A stretch of DNA of 64,000 nt from Lytechinus pictus. Its lineage: Eukaryota. The stretch covers positions 1,674,001 to 1,738,000 of the forward strand of contig NC_087251.1 in the NCBI RefSeq assembly GCF_037042905.1, given 5' to 3'. Position 1 is the first letter of the stretch. Each line of letters starts with the position of its first letter. A model generated the notes under the pieces. That model was given only the letters and a program-made list of their open reading frames with translations, made no database searches and had not been told where the DNA came from. A program made the translations under genes and the position numbers. Below are positions 63,091-64,000 of the stretch, one piece after another.

Positions 63091-63673
63091 AGAAGAATGA
63101 AACCCTTGAAACCAGCTGAATCCATATCAAATAGAAAAATCAAAGGAACACATTGTTGAAAGTTTGAGGAAGATTGAATGAATAATAATAAAGTTATGAG
63201 CATTTGAATATTGAGATCACTAGTGCCATGTAGATCCTCCCATCGGCAATGCGACCAAGATCTGTGATATCACAGACGTACAACTCCCTCATTACTTTAG
63301 TACTTATTTCACTTATATTCTCACTTTTATAGAGTCTATCACAAGGTGAGGTGTTCTCTTTATGAGATGACAAGGGCAGAGGTTTCACAACATTATATCA
63401 TTGATGAATCGTTTGTCATATGATTAGAATGAGCAAAAAGAAATGTTTTGGGGTATATTTTCAGTGTCCAAATGGGAGAGTTGTACGTGTGTGACATCAC
63501 AGATCTTGGTCGCATTGCCAATGGGAGGATCTCCATAGCATTAGTGATCTCGACATTCAAATGCTCATAACTCTTTTATTGCTAGTCCTATTTTACTCAA
63601 ACTTTTGTTGATCTTATTTTTTGATTTTTCTGCTTTCACAAAAGCTAACTTGCTCCAAGAGTTTCATTCTCCT
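63091..63673. mobile_element. Kolobok-like foldback MITE (copy 2)
   Basis: TTAA|AGAAGAATGAAAC ... GTTTCATTCTCCT|TTAA. Related to 35775-36369. Confidence 0.8.
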
Positions 63674-63870
63674 TTAAGCTAAGGTATGGTTTTACAGTTT
63701 GAAATGGCTAAGATTCGTGGCAGAGAAACTTTTTGATTACGTAAAAACTATTTGAATTTGGAAAGTAAGAAAAATGTATGATAGTGATACACTGCCACTG
63801 GCACTGGTTAAAAAATTCGGTTGACAATGGAATGGTTGAAAAGTAAATTGCCAAGGGCAAGGCCAGGGAC

Positions 63871-64000
63871 GTAGGATGGGGGATCGGGTGTCCGGACACT
63901 TTATATATTTTTAAGCCTTCTTTTTTGTCTTTGGATTACACTAAAAATATGAATTCAATAGTTGTAATCATCTTCCATTTTGTTCTCCATAATATTTCCT
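63871..64000 (-). repeat. Dispersed repeat, copy 3 (inverted, runs off the window)
   Basis: Reverse complement of ~12485-12612. Confidence 0.75.

Overview
Eukaryotic, AT-rich, intron-containing animal DNA. The gene content and repeat families suggest a marine invertebrate deuterostome such as a sea urchin; this is inference. Two + strand genes are present. (1) The 3' end of usherin (USH2A): nine coding exons over 1-8712, with FN3 repeats, a TM helix and the terminal PDZ-binding motif DTHL. (2) A complete atlastin (ATL) GTPase: 11 coding exons over 36882-51981, about 528 aa, ending in KKxx. Most of the remainder is transposable elements, many with readable termini and target-site duplications (TSDs). 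These include a P-like element with nested hAT-like and EnSpm-like elements, and Harbinger-, Kolobok-, piggyBac-, Academ- and Merlin/MuDR-like non-autonomous elements. There is also an intact two-ORF L2/Crack-type LINE in an atlastin intron, tRNA-derived SINEs, and a very young non-autonomous gypsy-type LTR element whose leader holds a 50-bp hairpin array. The least-explained signal is a dense cluster of the palindromes TACATGTA and TAGGCCTA. Internal comparisons show that TACATGTA arose as a 6-bp insertion at TA sites. All coordinates and counts were read by eye and TE superfamily names rest on terminus/TSD rules only.
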